Positions 18,966-28,851 of a stretch of DNA of 64,000 nucleotides are shown piece after piece. Positions within the stretch are counted from its first letter, which is position 1. The number at the start of each line of letters is the position of its first letter. Position numbers and translations under genes: made by a program. The stretch is taken from sequence record PP856017.1, one strand, 5' to 3'. The notes beneath the pieces were generated by a model. That model was given only the letters and a program-made list of their open reading frames with translations. It did not search any database and was not told the origin of the DNA.

Positions 18966-19044
18966 TTTAAAAGGTAGTCCTTTCAAACGTTCAAGATATG
19001 ACAGGTTATCCCTGTCATATCAGCTATTTCTGATTCTACTTCTA

Positions 19045-19551
19045 TCATGACGCAGTTGCGAAGGTTTTGCGACTGATCGGAAAAGAATGCCACGTCGGTT
19101 CCGGTGTGACGGGTTCCGCATCTTTCCGTTCCTTCTGGGTTTTCGCTTCGAAAGATCCGTCCGGGTATTTACCCGGAATACGATCGGGATACAATCGTTT
19201 CAGTCGCTGAATGAACTGACGAGCATGCCATTCAGTAATGAAGATAAAATTCATTGCCTCCGGCCACACTGGGATGGCATTGAGTTCGGCCTTGTTCATG
19301 GACGTATCGATACCAACGTCAGCGAAATGATAACTGACAACTTCGTCGGTATGTTTACGACCAACAACCACTTTGCCTTCGAACCATTCGTAAAACTCAC
19401 CGAACGGCCGATCACGGTCATCTTCGTAAGCGTATGGAACCGTCACGAAGATCTTGACAATTTCCTCCGACATCGTGAAACCGTTAACGTAGAAAAGCTT
19501 GGCGCCTTTTTTCACGTCTTCAATCTTGGCACGACCAGCTTTAGTTGCCAT
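19045..19551 (-). CDS. Hypothetical protein
   Basis: GGAGG SD before MATKAG. Confidence 0.65.
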   Translation of the reverse strand: MATKAGRAKIEDVKKGAKLFYVNGFTMSEEIVKIFVTVPYAYEDDRDRPFGEFYEWFEGKVVVGRKHTDEVVSYHFADVGIDTSMNKAELNAIPVWPEAMNFIFITEWHARQFIQRLKRLYPDRIPGKYPDGSFEAKTQKERKDAEPVTPEPTWHSFPISRKTFATAS

Positions 19552-19789
19552 TGCTGTTGCCCTCCGTAGTACCATTCGTTTTGTGAACGAATGCGTTGTA
19601 CTGATCAACCAGCAGTTTGATCGGACCCGGTTTATCCGACAAGCCCTTTTCATCGAGGCTGTGGATCACCATAAGTTCACGAATGAGGTGGCCCGGTCCC
19701 ATCAAGGCGCGAAGCAGATCCCCCAGTGCTTCTGCGTCCACTTCCACCTTCAAACGTTCTTCAACTGCGGTTGGGCTATTTTCCGACAT
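19541..19789 (-). CDS. Hypothetical protein
   Basis: AAGGAG SD before MSENSP. Confidence 0.65.
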   Translation of the reverse strand: MSENSPTAVEERLKVEVDAEALGDLLRALMGPGHLIRELMVIHSLDEKGLSDKPGPIKLLVDQYNAFVHKTNGTTEGNSNGN

Positions 19790-19800
19790 TATTTTCTCCT

Positions 19801-20088
19801 TTAACGGGGCTGAAAAGCGGCCCACTTATTGTCTTCGCCGAGCCGATAAAACGTGTCCAGCTTTTCGCCGGAATACGTTTCGACTTCCTTGACATTCGGA
19901 TCGATTTTTTCAAATACCTCGATACAGCCGACCATGTCGCAGCAGTCATGCTCGCGCATAATGACTCGCCCTACACGACGCGTGAAGTCGTAATCGAGAC
20001 TCAAGACACAACACATGAAACGAGTGTCGTAGAGTTTGTCGAGATCGCTGTCAGACAACGGCGTCAGGAGACTATTTCTGCTTGTCAT
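19801..20088 (-). CDS. Hypothetical protein (Cys-containing)
   Basis: GGAG SD. Confidence 0.65.
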   Translation of the reverse strand: MTSRNSLLTPLSDSDLDKLYDTRFMCCVLSLDYDFTRRVGRVIMREHDCCDMVGCIEVFEKIDPNVKEVETYSGEKLDTFYRLGEDNKWAAFQPR

Positions 20089-20112
20089 ACATTACTCCAT
20101 TGTAAAAAAGTT

Positions 20113-21456
20113 TTACCAGTCCAGAGACGCCGACAATTCTTCGCTCTGTTTGCGATCCATTTCCGCTTCTTCCTTCTCCACATGTCGCAGAGTCATGAAG
20201 AGTCGGTCGGGATACTTCTGCATGAACTTCACCATCTTCTTCACGTTGATCGCGTAGAAGCTGTCGTGATTCATCGTCACGGGATTGAACACCGAGACGA
20301 AACGACCGAACCCGACGACCTTCATGTGGTGATGGAACTTCGAATCGTCGATCCACTTGGCCTTGTGATCGGCCGCGATCCCCAGTCGTTGCTGGATTGC
20401 TGAAAGCAAACGCCCCGTTGAACCAAACAAGGTTTCACCCTTATTCAGTTTCGGCATCGTGAACCCTTCTTCACGAATGTATTCGACGATCAGCTGATGC
20501 GACTGCTGACTCAGCAGACCCAGATCGATCGGTTCGTATTCCGGATGATCGTCGCGCAAGTCCACTTTACCATCGCCACGCTTGACGATCTTCCAGACAT
20601 GATGCATGTTGTACTGGCGAGGCTCGTCTTTCAGGATAGCGCTGCCAGGAACACCAGGCTTGATTTCCTTCATCACCAGCAGGTAATTACGAGCACCAAT
20701 CACGACGATATGATCGACTGTGAACTCGTTATTGCCGAGATGGTCCTTGTGCTCCGGATTAACGCGCACAACCGTGCCTTCCGGGAAGTGAGCCGGACCA
20801 TACTTGATATCGCATTCGGTATCACCATGCCGGCCGTATCGATCCTGATAGCTGATCAGCTGGTACGGATAGTCTTCTTCGAACTTGTACCGATAAGGCA
20901 ACTCAGCATGAATGCGGCCGGTCGGATCTTCCAGCGACCAGATTTCCTCGCTGTCAATCTGTTCCTTCAGAATCACCCAGCCATCGGAGCTTACCCAGTT
21001 TCCGAATCGCTGTTCGACGAACGTACGATGGAAACGCGGATTTGATACAACTTGACTCCAGTATTCCTGAGGATCAATGATGGACGACCGCATCCAGTTG
21101 CTGAGTTGCTTTTCGAAGTAGACGATGTTCTTCGTTTCCCGCATCGTGGCATTCAGCTGGCGGACGGCTCGCCTGAAATCGATCGGGTACGAAGTCGAAA
21201 ACTTCTTCTGCAAACAACGCAATACCTTCAGGCCCATCCGCATGTACCTGATGTTTGCTTTGACGGTATTTGCCGTCGCTTCAGTCATCACGCCTTCGAT
21301 CAACGCAGGCGGAAGTCCCATACCGGAGTGGATCATCTTCTTCAACCGGTCTTCGAAATCAAGCGCTTCGCGAATCGGCTTGGTTTCGTCAGATACCGGA
21401 AAACCAATACCGGTCGAATTGACAGCAAGTTCTTCGATCAGCTTGTTCTTATCCAT
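20113..21456 (-). CDS. Mosaic multidomain hypothetical protein
   Basis: GAGGT SD before MDKNKL. Confidence 0.7.
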   Translation of the reverse strand: MDKNKLIEELAVNSTGIGFPVSDETKPIREALDFEDRLKKMIHSGMGLPPALIEGVMTEATANTVKANIRYMRMGLKVLRCLQKKFSTSYPIDFRRAVRQLNATMRETKNIVYFEKQLSNWMRSSIIDPQEYWSQVVSNPRFHRTFVEQRFGNWVSSDGWVILKEQIDSEEIWSLEDPTGRIHAELPYRYKFEEDYPYQLISYQDRYGRHGDTECDIKYGPAHFPEGTVVRVNPEHKDHLGNNEFTVDHIVVIGARNYLLVMKEIKPGVPGSAILKDEPRQYNMHHVWKIVKRGDGKVDLRDDHPEYEPIDLGLLSQQSHQLIVEYIREEGFTMPKLNKGETLFGSTGRLLSAIQQRLGIAADHKAKWIDDSKFHHHMKVVGFGRFVSVFNPVTMNHDSFYAINVKKMVKFMQKYPDRLFMTLRHVEKEEAEMDRKQSEELSASLDW

Positions 21457-21463
21457 CTTTACC

Positions 21464-21889
21464 TCATTTTGAAAGTTTGCTTTCGAGCCACTTCTTGTTG
21501 AGTGCCTCGGCGTGTGCCGCATCGTGATAACGTGCGATCGAGATATTCGGCGAATCTTTTACATCTTCGTAAAAGTCCAACATGAACACTTTCTCCAACT
21601 CTTCGTCCGTTGAAGGACGAGTCGTATGGATGTTCAGATCGACGACAATAAAACCTAGTGCGCCTTTCGTTATGAACTTTCCCTCATGCACGTCAAGCGA
21701 TCCTGCCACCACACCGATAAACCGGCCGGTGTCCTTCTCAAACACCGAGATGTTACACAGTCTCGGCATCGTCTGCATGGCATGCTCCGGCTGGTACAGC
21801 GGATTTGAGGGGCGGCGGGAATCCGCGTTTTCCACTCGACTCCGAGCACGATCCGACAACTTCAGAGTAATCCGTTCTTTCGACATCAT
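21464..21889 (-). CDS. Hypothetical protein
   Basis: AGAGGA SD before MMSKER; overlaps 3' end of queC-like gene. Confidence 0.6.
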   Translation of the reverse strand: MMSKERITLKLSDRARSRVENADSRRPSNPLYQPEHAMQTMPRLCNISVFEKDTGRFIGVVAGSLDVHEGKFITKGALGFIVVDLNIHTTRPSTDEELEKVFMLDFYEDVKDSPNISIARYHDAAHAEALNKKWLESKLSK

Positions 21890-22613
21890 GTTCCTCTGTA
21901 TGCTTTTTGGAAGTTTCCAGATCCGCAAGCCGTTCCTTAATTGCGTCCTGGAGCGAGCGTTCCTTTCGACGTTCCCAGATGAAGACGGTTTTAGCCATAG
22001 TCTCGCATGCAGGACAGTCTTCACACGCGATTGTCTTGCCGGTAGACAGGACTCTCGGTAATTCACAGATCCACAACTCCGGAATAATCTCCAGAGGCAT
22101 GTCGGCCAGGATCCGATCCTTCGTTACATACATCAAAGGAAACTCCATCGGGATAGGTGTCATCCGTGTGAAGCTTGAAGTATGCTGCCACGCAAGCGCC
22201 AAATCACCCAAATGCATGGCTATCTGGTCTCCCATCACAATACCCATACAGACCTTGGAATGCACTTCACCGTCAGCAGCGAATTGAATACCGAATTGCC
22301 AAACTGGAGCCTGACCGAATGCAAGATCAGGAACTTTGTTATTCCAACTGGACGTATAGCCATCGTGACTGGTACGTTTTGCTTCGAAACAATCGCCCAG
22401 ATCGACGATCGTATCCGTCAGAACTTTATTGCCAGTCTTCTTCTCGAAGAACGCAATGATCTTCTTGCGTGCCGCAAGCTCCATCGGAATCTTGTCCTGG
22501 GACTGGGTCGCCTTGATGTAACAGGTGTGGACATCGCCCTGTTCCAGTTGTTTCCAGAGCATGTATGAGGAGTCCATACCGCCAGAGAAGACCAGAAGAG
22601 GATGTTTGCTCAT
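21753..22613 (-). CDS. queC: QueC-like PP-loop ATPase (7-cyano-7-deazaguanine synthase family)
   Basis: FSGGMDS PP-loop; WIC...CEDCPAC Zn motif. Confidence 0.75.
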   Translation of the reverse strand: MSKHPLLVFSGGMDSSYMLWKQLEQGDVHTCYIKATQSQDKIPMELAARKKIIAFFEKKTGNKVLTDTIVDLGDCFEAKRTSHDGYTSSWNNKVPDLAFGQAPVWQFGIQFAADGEVHSKVCMGIVMGDQIAMHLGDLALAWQHTSSFTRMTPIPMEFPLMYVTKDRILADMPLEIIPELWICELPRVLSTGKTIACEDCPACETMAKTVFIWERRKERSLQDAIKERLADLETSKKHTEEHDVERTDYSEVVGSCSESSGKRGFPPPLKSAVPAGACHADDAETV

Positions 22614-22614
22614 G

Positions 22615-23223
22615 TTACTCGTCCTCCTTCTTGTTGTCCTCGAATTCGCTAAACGAATCGAGTGTCATGAAAGTACCGACATCGGCGTCCTTTCGGATTC
22701 CTTCATACCACTCTGCGCCGTCGACCGGTTTCAGAGCAGGATGATCTTCGTCCGGAGGAACAACGCCGAACGACAGGCTGCCATCCGGATTCATCTGGCA
22801 GTCGATTGCGATCGGAGGACCGAGTTTCTTCAGCATTTCCATGCCAGCTTCACTGATCGTCGGCGCCATACCCATGCGTTGTTCCATTTCGCGAGCACGC
22901 ATTTCCGCCGGAATGAACATGAGTACCTGCGACGTCAGTGTGCGGTTAATATCGGGCATACGACCAATTCTCGAAGGACCCGGCGAAACAACCAACACCA
23001 TGTCGCGCGACCCAGCATCTTTCGATGCTTCTGCCAGCCGCTCTTCGATGTCTTTCGGCAAAGCCGGCGCGACCAGATCTTCCATGATTTCGTGAGTCAG
23101 ACGCCCACGTTCCTGCATGTTCAACTGCTCGCTCTTCACGAGACCTTCCAATGCATCGACTGCGTCACTACCCAATACGTCACGCAGTTGCTTTTCCATC
23201 TTGTCCATTTCGTTTCCCTTCAT
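22615..23223 (-). CDS. Hypothetical acidic protein
   Basis: ORF in operon (alternative start 23208). Confidence 0.65.
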   Translation of the reverse strand: MKGNEMDKMEKQLRDVLGSDAVDALEGLVKSEQLNMQERGRLTHEIMEDLVAPALPKDIEERLAEASKDAGSRDMVLVVSPGPSRIGRMPDINRTLTSQVLMFIPAEMRAREMEQRMGMAPTISEAGMEMLKKLGPPIAIDCQMNPDGSLSFGVVPPDEDHPALKPVDGAEWYEGIRKDADVGTFMTLDSFSEFEDNKKEDE

Positions 23224-23669
23224 TTTAAAAGTGACGTCAACATGTGGACGGCGTATTTATCGCCGGCCATGATTTCACATGTTGCACGGAGAGCCTCGAC
23301 ATTACATGCATGTTCGAGTGCGATTTGTTCTTCGTCAAGGTGCATCTGACGATACTTCATCTTGCCGCGGATAAGACGGTAATGCGGAAACAGCTCTTCC
23401 TTACAGTGCCTCAGAACGGTAAGGATATCGCGCGCCGGATCGCTCTCCTGGAAAAGCTTTTCGATCAAGCTGCGATTTTCATCAGTCAGTGGCAACAGCA
23501 ACAGATCACGACATACCGCCATGCGAATAAACTCATAACGAGCGTGAACAGCTGCCACGCTGATGCCATAATCCTTGCCGACACGGGCAAAACCCTTCTC
23601 CTCGAAAACGATCTTCTCGAAGATTTCGAAATAGTTGTTCAGGTTTTCCAATGTCTGCATGACGATCAC
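23220..23669 (-). CDS. Hypothetical helical protein
   Basis: ORF with 4-nt overlaps to neighbours. Confidence 0.65.
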   Translation of the reverse strand: MIVMQTLENLNNYFEIFEKIVFEEKGFARVGKDYGISVAAVHARYEFIRMAVCRDLLLLPLTDENRSLIEKLFQESDPARDILTVLRHCKEELFPHYRLIRGKMKYRQMHLDEEQIALEHACNVEALRATCEIMAGDKYAVHMLTSLLK

Positions 23670-23860
23670 CGATTTAGATGTGAGACGAGTGCCTCTGCGT
23701 CGGTCTGAGAATACACCACTGCGATCTGATCTCCGTCAGGATCGACAATCTCGAATTGCTCTACTTCCTTGAGTTCATCGACGGTGACTGGATTACCATC
23801 TCCGTGCTCGAAATAATGAACGTCAACGGCGTCTTCCTCAATCTTAGCCCATTTATACAT
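23666..23860 (-). CDS. Small hypothetical protein
   Basis: GAGGAG SD. Confidence 0.65.
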   Translation of the reverse strand: MYKWAKIEEDAVDVHYFEHGDGNPVTVDELKEVEQFEIVDPDGDQIAVVYSQTDAEALVSHLNR

Positions 23861-23914
23861 TTCTTACTCCTCAGTTTTAAAAGCAAACACAGGGGACCGA
23901 AGTCCCCCATGTCT

Positions 23915-24553
23915 TCAGTAACGCCACGGTCTTTGCGGATAATTCTGCGCTTGCCTATACGCATAGTCCGGGCGCACATATGGGTCGACGTAACCTTGCG
24001 GATAACCGCGAGGATACGGACGCACTGCGGGTTGGATCACCACTTGCGTGGGACCATAGTACTGCTGAACCATCCGCGGAGGCGGAGGTGCGTAGTACAC
24101 CGGTGCCGGAGAACGAACCAGATGTGGGGGTTCCGGCGGAGGCGCATACGCGTATTGCTGAGGTAGAGGCGGAGGCTGATCTGCATCAACTTCTGCCACC
24201 TGGTTGGGATCGTAACCCGGTAACGGTGCAGGAGCATCGGAATACACATACTTCTGCGATTGCAACGGGGTCTGCGGCTGTTGCTGTTGCTGCTGGTCAT
24301 ACTGCTGCGCGAAATGCTGCGCATCGTAATCCCCGCGTTGAATCCAGCCATTGCGGAAAGCACGTGCACGATCAGACATGGGATTGTCCGGATCTTCAGC
24401 ACGGTTGTCCGCATTACGTGTCCAGTCATCGGCGGTAATCTGCCGAGGCTGTCCATTTGCGTCCGGTACGCTATAGGCGTAGAACGGACCATCAGCAAAT
24501 GCCGAAGCACTTGCCGCCATCAACAACAGGCATACAGCGATACGTGTTTTCAT
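23915..24553 (-). CDS. Secreted Pro/Tyr/Gln-rich protein
   Basis: Sec signal MKTRIAVCLLLMAASASAFA-D; YAPPP repeats. Confidence 0.75.
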   Translation of the reverse strand: MKTRIAVCLLLMAASASAFADGPFYAYSVPDANGQPRQITADDWTRNADNRAEDPDNPMSDRARAFRNGWIQRGDYDAQHFAQQYDQQQQQQPQTPLQSQKYVYSDAPAPLPGYDPNQVAEVDADQPPPLPQQYAYAPPPEPPHLVRSPAPVYYAPPPPRMVQQYYGPTQVVIQPAVRPYPRGYPQGYVDPYVRPDYAYRQAQNYPQRPWRY

Positions 24554-24579
24554 TTTTGTACCCCGGTTTTAAAAAGGTT

Positions 24580-25137
24580 TTACTTCTGCTTCGGAAACAG
24601 ATAGAACACAGCCAGCAGCCGGACATCTTTGTCGAGTTTAATCGACTCGTTACCCAGCATCAAACGTGAAGCGTTGTCAAACCCGCGACTGCATGCCGAG
24701 ATATAGTCGTCCATCGACATAATCATCGTGCCAAAGCACTCAGTCGTTCGGATCACATCGTCGTCGTTGTCGCCTGCGAAATTCAGCGGGCAGACTTTCT
24801 GATCGATGGGATCGGAGTCGGTATGAATCGGGCAGATCCAGTTGCTACCCCGTTGATCCTGAATCACCATGAAAGCGGTGAGTTCACGGATCTTTTTGGT
24901 ATCGTGGTCCAGATACTCCAGGTACCTTCCCTCATCACGACACTTGAGGATATCCTCATAGATCGTGGAGAAAGTATCGGAGTCCGCGATCACCTTCCCG
25001 AAGAAGATCAGCGGATTCTGGTAAGGCTCCGGGTCTTCCTTAGTGAGAAGAGAATTCTTCCACGGGAGTGCGCCGGCGGTTGTTACGGGTTTGTCTTCGT
25101 TATTCGAAGGTTTATTGACGACAGGATTCATAATCAC
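24580..25137 (-). CDS. Hypothetical protein
   Basis: 185 aa downstream of early-promoter motif. Confidence 0.65.
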   Translation of the reverse strand: MIMNPVVNKPSNNEDKPVTTAGALPWKNSLLTKEDPEPYQNPLIFFGKVIADSDTFSTIYEDILKCRDEGRYLEYLDHDTKKIRELTAFMVIQDQRGSNWICPIHTDSDPIDQKVCPLNFAGDNDDDVIRTTECFGTMIMSMDDYISACSRGFDNASRLMLGNESIKLDKDVRLLAVFYLFPKQK

Positions 25138-25252
25138 TCACCTGTTAATTATTGTAAAAACGGACTGCCTATTCTGGCAGGCTTTTCCCCCCAACTTGAA
25201 ACATTATCGCAGACGAGTTAGTTTTACTCGCTTGTCTACACAACTTCGAGGA

Positions 25253-25273
25253 AATAATATATTCGTGAATAAA
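25253..25273 (-). promoter_or_regulatory. Putative early promoter
   Basis: ATTTATTCACGAATATATTAT on minus strand. Confidence 0.5.
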
Positions 25274-25344
25274 TATACAGCGAACATAATCCCAGGAACC
25301 CTTTCGGGCCCCTGAGATTATTTTTTCGTAGTCCTTCTTCCTAC

Positions 25345-25788
25345 TTACGCAGCGGGCGGCGGCGTACCAGCTGCCGGTTGATCCGGAGTCTGGGGTGCAG
25401 CTGCAACAGGCGGCGCAGCGGCCGGTGTAGCAGCGGTGCTTGTAGCCGATGTCGATAACGACGCCAATGTGGCTACAGCAGAAGCAGCAGCTTGTGCATC
25501 CGATGCCGACGTAGTCAATGTATCGAGATGTTTCTGTTTGATCAGGCGAGATGCCGCACCGACAAACGAGACGATCGCGATGATGCGCGTCAGCAGGGGA
25601 GGAGCACTGGCGCCGGTCAACAGACCTGACTGGAGAGCCAGGTTGTAGAGATCCGGTGCCGCGCCAACGATGGCGAAGAACCACACTGAGTACATCGTGT
25701 AGAACTTACGCCATTCGGCGACGAGTTCGAGACCGACCTTATTCAGGCCTGCTTCGATCTTGTCTCCGAGTGCGGAGAAAAAGCTCAT
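25345..25788 (-). CDS. Putative holin-like membrane protein with Ala/Pro tail
   Basis: LVAEWRKFYTMYSVWFFAIVG; two hydrophobic segments; GAGG SD. Confidence 0.55.
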   Translation of the reverse strand: MSFFSALGDKIEAGLNKVGLELVAEWRKFYTMYSVWFFAIVGAAPDLYNLALQSGLLTGASAPPLLTRIIAIVSFVGAASRLIKQKHLDTLTTSASDAQAAASAVATLASLSTSATSTAATPAAAPPVAAAPQTPDQPAAGTPPPAA

Positions 25789-25795
25789 GATTGCC

Positions 25796-26278
25796 TCACT
25801 TGATTTGAAACGTTTTACTTCCATCACCTGCTTCCAGAGGAGGCAGAACCTCCCACTGAACAAACAAGTCCCGTAGCTTCGCCCAGTCGACACACGGCTT
25901 CTCGTTGGAACCCATCTTCAATGGGATACCAGCGTTCGCGTCATCGACATAGACGGTTGCGTAAATCTTCGGGGAGTTCGACCACTTTTCCTGTTCAGGA
26001 TTTTCGTTGATCCCCCAGAAGTTCACATTGTTTTTGTTGCAATAGACCACAGCTTCGTGAAGCTTGTCGTCCGATCGCATGGTAATGAGAATGAGCTTGA
26101 CACCTACCTTGCTCAGTTCTTGCAGGACTTCAATAGCCCCTGGGTTCGGTTTGCCGACGTAGGGAAAATCGTTCTCTACGATCGTGCCATCAAAGTCGAT
26201 GCCGAATACCGTCTTCTCAAACTTCTTGACGGTAGCCTCATCGTCTTTCGTAATCTCGTTCGTGTTAAGCCACGGCAT
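25796..26278 (-). CDS. HAD-superfamily hydrolase (BT0820-like)
   Basis: DFDGTIV, LILITMR, KIYATVYVDD. Confidence 0.85.
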   Translation of the reverse strand: MPWLNTNEITKDDEATVKKFEKTVFGIDFDGTIVENDFPYVGKPNPGAIEVLQELSKVGVKLILITMRSDDKLHEAVVYCNKNNVNFWGINENPEQEKWSNSPKIYATVYVDDANAGIPLKMGSNEKPCVDWAKLRDLFVQWEVLPPLEAGDGSKTFQIK

Positions 26279-26331
26279 ATCTCATACCCTGTTAATTGTC
26301 ACAAGATCAGCCAAAAAAAAATATATAGGAC

Positions 26332-26363
26332 ATAGAATGGAGGGCCGAAGCCCTCCATTCTAT
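26332..26363 (-). terminator. Terminator
   Basis: 14-bp stem, UUCG loop, T9 tract on minus strand. Confidence 0.85.
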
Positions 26364-26370
26364 ACTGCAG

Positions 26371-26841
26371 TTATTCCTGAGTGATCAGGACATACTCCCA
26401 CTTATCGGCATTGGGGATACACCGGTCCTCTGCCTTCTTGTACGCCGACGCTTGATCCCAGAGGGACGACTGCTCGATCAAGGTATGAACGATCGTGCAT
26501 GCAGTACCGATCTTGTCGAGTTCTTCCTTCGACAAAACACGGATCAGCTTGTTCTTCGAATCCCAGGACTTGTGAATGATCTCCTGAGCTTCTTCCAGGA
26601 TTTCCTGGATTCCAACAGATTCGAAATTCTTCAGAAGCTCCAGACCCACGAACATCCGGATCTTAAGCGTGATACGATCTCCGATGTTGGCGAAACCATC
26701 GCGATATGCGAGCAGCCGGAAATAGCTGTTCAGCGTCATCGTAATCGAGTCGTCTTCGGAATACTCGAACTTCTTGGCTGAGTATTCAACCGTAGCTACT
26801 TGAGGACGGAAGCCTTTGCGGGTCACTTGAGTTTTTGCCAT
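26371..26841 (-). CDS. Helical hypothetical protein
   Basis: ORF; LSKEELDKIG motif. Confidence 0.65.
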   Translation of the reverse strand: MAKTQVTRKGFRPQVATVEYSAKKFEYSEDDSITMTLNSYFRLLAYRDGFANIGDRITLKIRMFVGLELLKNFESVGIQEILEEAQEIIHKSWDSKNKLIRVLSKEELDKIGTACTIVHTLIEQSSLWDQASAYKKAEDRCIPNADKWEYVLITQE

Positions 26842-26851
26842 GTTGTTGTCT

Positions 26852-27736
26852 TTACTTCGTTTTGAAAAGGGATACAACGTTTTGGGGTTTCGGGCGGACC
26901 TTCAATTCGGGGATTGCGATGAGTTCCGATCTCAGAACCTTTTTCGCCCACTCATAGACTTTACCGGTGGTGCGACGATAGGAAACAGGAATTGCCACAT
27001 CTGCGACATGCGAATACGCCATAGCGCACTCGCAATAGAACTGTTCGTCAAGCATGCCGTAGAACTTGGCGAGCTTTTCGGGATCCTGGAAACAGCCAAG
27101 CATCTCTGCCTGATGAATGCTGCCGATTACGCGGTCCAGTTCAGCCCTGCTGAACAGGTTCATCGGAGGATCTTCCAGAGAACCGATTTGATCCGTCACG
27201 CAGACCAGACGATTGCGTTGAGTGATGACCATCTGTATCAGATAGTCAAGCACCTGCAGACCTTCATAACACAGGCGCTGAGGAATCGGCGTCTGACTAA
27301 ACATCGCGTTCGCGTTGAAATATGCGAACATCGACAGCTTGGTCATGACCTTTTGTGTCGTCTGATTGAGGGCCTGGACGAATTCGATATCCGTCTTGTG
27401 TTCCTGTACTTCCCGGATGTTCTCCTGCAACAGACGTCCCATCGCGCCGCGGGCAATTGCCAGTTGTTCGATTTCCAGCAACCAGCCCGGCAGAACCTGT
27501 GTCGGGTAAATCGCAACACCGTCGAAACCAAGCTTGCGGTGTTCGATCAGGCCGTCTTCGCCAGCCTTTACCGCTTCAAGCTTAGGAGGTACAGTCTCAC
27601 TACCTGCCAGCCATTCATATACGCGAATGGAGTTAGATGGCAAACGGAACTTGCCATCGAAGTCCGCAATACAGCCTTCAATGCTTGGAAGAACATATTC
27701 TTGTTGTCCGAGATTAATTGTCAAAGGGCGGTTCAT
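26852..27736 (-). CDS. Helical hypothetical protein
   Basis: 294 aa; FSRAELDRVIG motif. Confidence 0.7.
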   Translation of the reverse strand: MNRPLTINLGQQEYVLPSIEGCIADFDGKFRLPSNSIRVYEWLAGSETVPPKLEAVKAGEDGLIEHRKLGFDGVAIYPTQVLPGWLLEIEQLAIARGAMGRLLQENIREVQEHKTDIEFVQALNQTTQKVMTKLSMFAYFNANAMFSQTPIPQRLCYEGLQVLDYLIQMVITQRNRLVCVTDQIGSLEDPPMNLFSRAELDRVIGSIHQAEMLGCFQDPEKLAKFYGMLDEQFYCECAMAYSHVADVAIPVSYRRTTGKVYEWAKKVLRSELIAIPELKVRPKPQNVVSLFKTK

Positions 27737-28270
27737 TTAATAGCTCCGGTTTGATAGCCGTTCAGCCATCACTGCGTTTTTCGGAAAATCGTTGAGGTCA
27801 TCGAAATGACTCTCATGGACTTCGACTCTGAAAGTGAAGTCATTGATCTTGGTAACTTCGGTCACTGCGGAGAGATCGCTCGTGTAGTAAGGATCGTCTT
27901 CTTTACCACGAGGCAGCTGATGAGGCTCGAAGTAATAGCAAGCGCCTTCCAGGCAATCAATAACCTCGTTACCACATGTCATAACGAGGTCTCTAAGTCT
28001 ATCTCGGTCCAGATGCGAGAGATGGTATCGGCCGATACCGTATTCCTGAATGATCCCGAACGACAGATCTTCAAGCATCTCTCTACTAACAGCTTGCGAT
28101 CGAGGAAACATCGCGCACGCATTGACTACTTCTTCAATGAATGCGTAGAACGTTAACGCTCTCAAGAATCGATAGTATTCAGGCCAAGGGGCTCGCTTGG
28201 CTTGTTCAATCTCTTCTTCGTAGGCGATGAAGCTTCTTTTCAGCCGGACGATAAAGGTCAGATTGGCCAT
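27737..28270 (-). CDS. Hypothetical protein
   Basis: 177-aa ORF. Confidence 0.65.
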   Translation of the reverse strand: MANLTFIVRLKRSFIAYEEEIEQAKRAPWPEYYRFLRALTFYAFIEEVVNACAMFPRSQAVSREMLEDLSFGIIQEYGIGRYHLSHLDRDRLRDLVMTCGNEVIDCLEGACYYFEPHQLPRGKEDDPYYTSDLSAVTEVTKINDFTFRVEVHESHFDDLNDFPKNAVMAERLSNRSY

Positions 28271-28679
28271 GGTTCCTTATTGGATGTGTTACCACAATTG
28301 CAAAATTGGAACGTGAGACTGGGATGACTTTTGGAATCTCCCTGGTCTCTCTTAGGTATTCGTAGAAATGTGTGTCGGTAAACATCTCCACAATGGATTC
28401 GCAAATAGCAAACAGGACGCCCTGGATCTTCACATACGGTTCGTCCAACTCGAAGATGTAGTCATCGACTATTTCCTGATGATGCAACACGCCGAGCAAG
28501 TATTCTATTTCGTTGAGGATTTCCCGAGCCTCTTTAGGACTTCTGGCATCCTCGGTCAGGAATCTCACGATTTCCTGCAACAACCTTTTCTGGTCGACTG
28601 ACGCAAACATCCCTGAAGGATCATTGTGCTTCAGATATCGATCCAGATTGAAGATGACGCCAAATCGATATTTCGCCAT
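28206..28679 (-). CDS. Hypothetical protein
   Basis: AGGT SD; 157 aa. Confidence 0.65.
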   Translation of the reverse strand: MAKYRFGVIFNLDRYLKHNDPSGMFASVDQKRLLQEIVRFLTEDARSPKEAREILNEIEYLLGVLHHQEIVDDYIFELDEPYVKIQGVLFAICESIVEMFTDTHFYEYLRETREIPKVIPVSRSNFAIVVTHPIRNHGQSDLYRPAEKKLHRLRRRD

Positions 28680-28694
28680 AATTACCTAATTGAA

Positions 28695-28845
28695 AAAGAT
28701 CCCAGCCCAGACCCGAAGGCCTGGGACTGGGCGACACTAATAACACAGACGAGATCAACGGCTAAATCGGATCACCTACCCATGCCATTAGTCCCGAGAG
28801 AATAGCCCCGAGACGAGGAGATGTCTCTGGAGATGAGGACTATTC
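28695..28845 (-). ncRNA. Candidate small structured RNA / leader
   Basis: early-promoter motif upstream, 5' stem-loops, C(UUCG)G terminator + U5 at 3' end, only an 8-codon ORF noticed inside. Confidence 0.45.
28701..28731 (-). terminator. Intrinsic terminator
   Basis: CCCAGTCCCAGGCC-TTCG-GGTCTGGGCTGGG-ATCTTTTT. Confidence 0.85.
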
Positions 28846-28851
28846 AATTAA

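Noticed and set aside
21753-21889. Programmed frameshift or fusion between the QueC-like gene and its neighbour
   Set aside because: No slippery site identified; the neighbour has its own SD, so a simple overlap is more parsimonious
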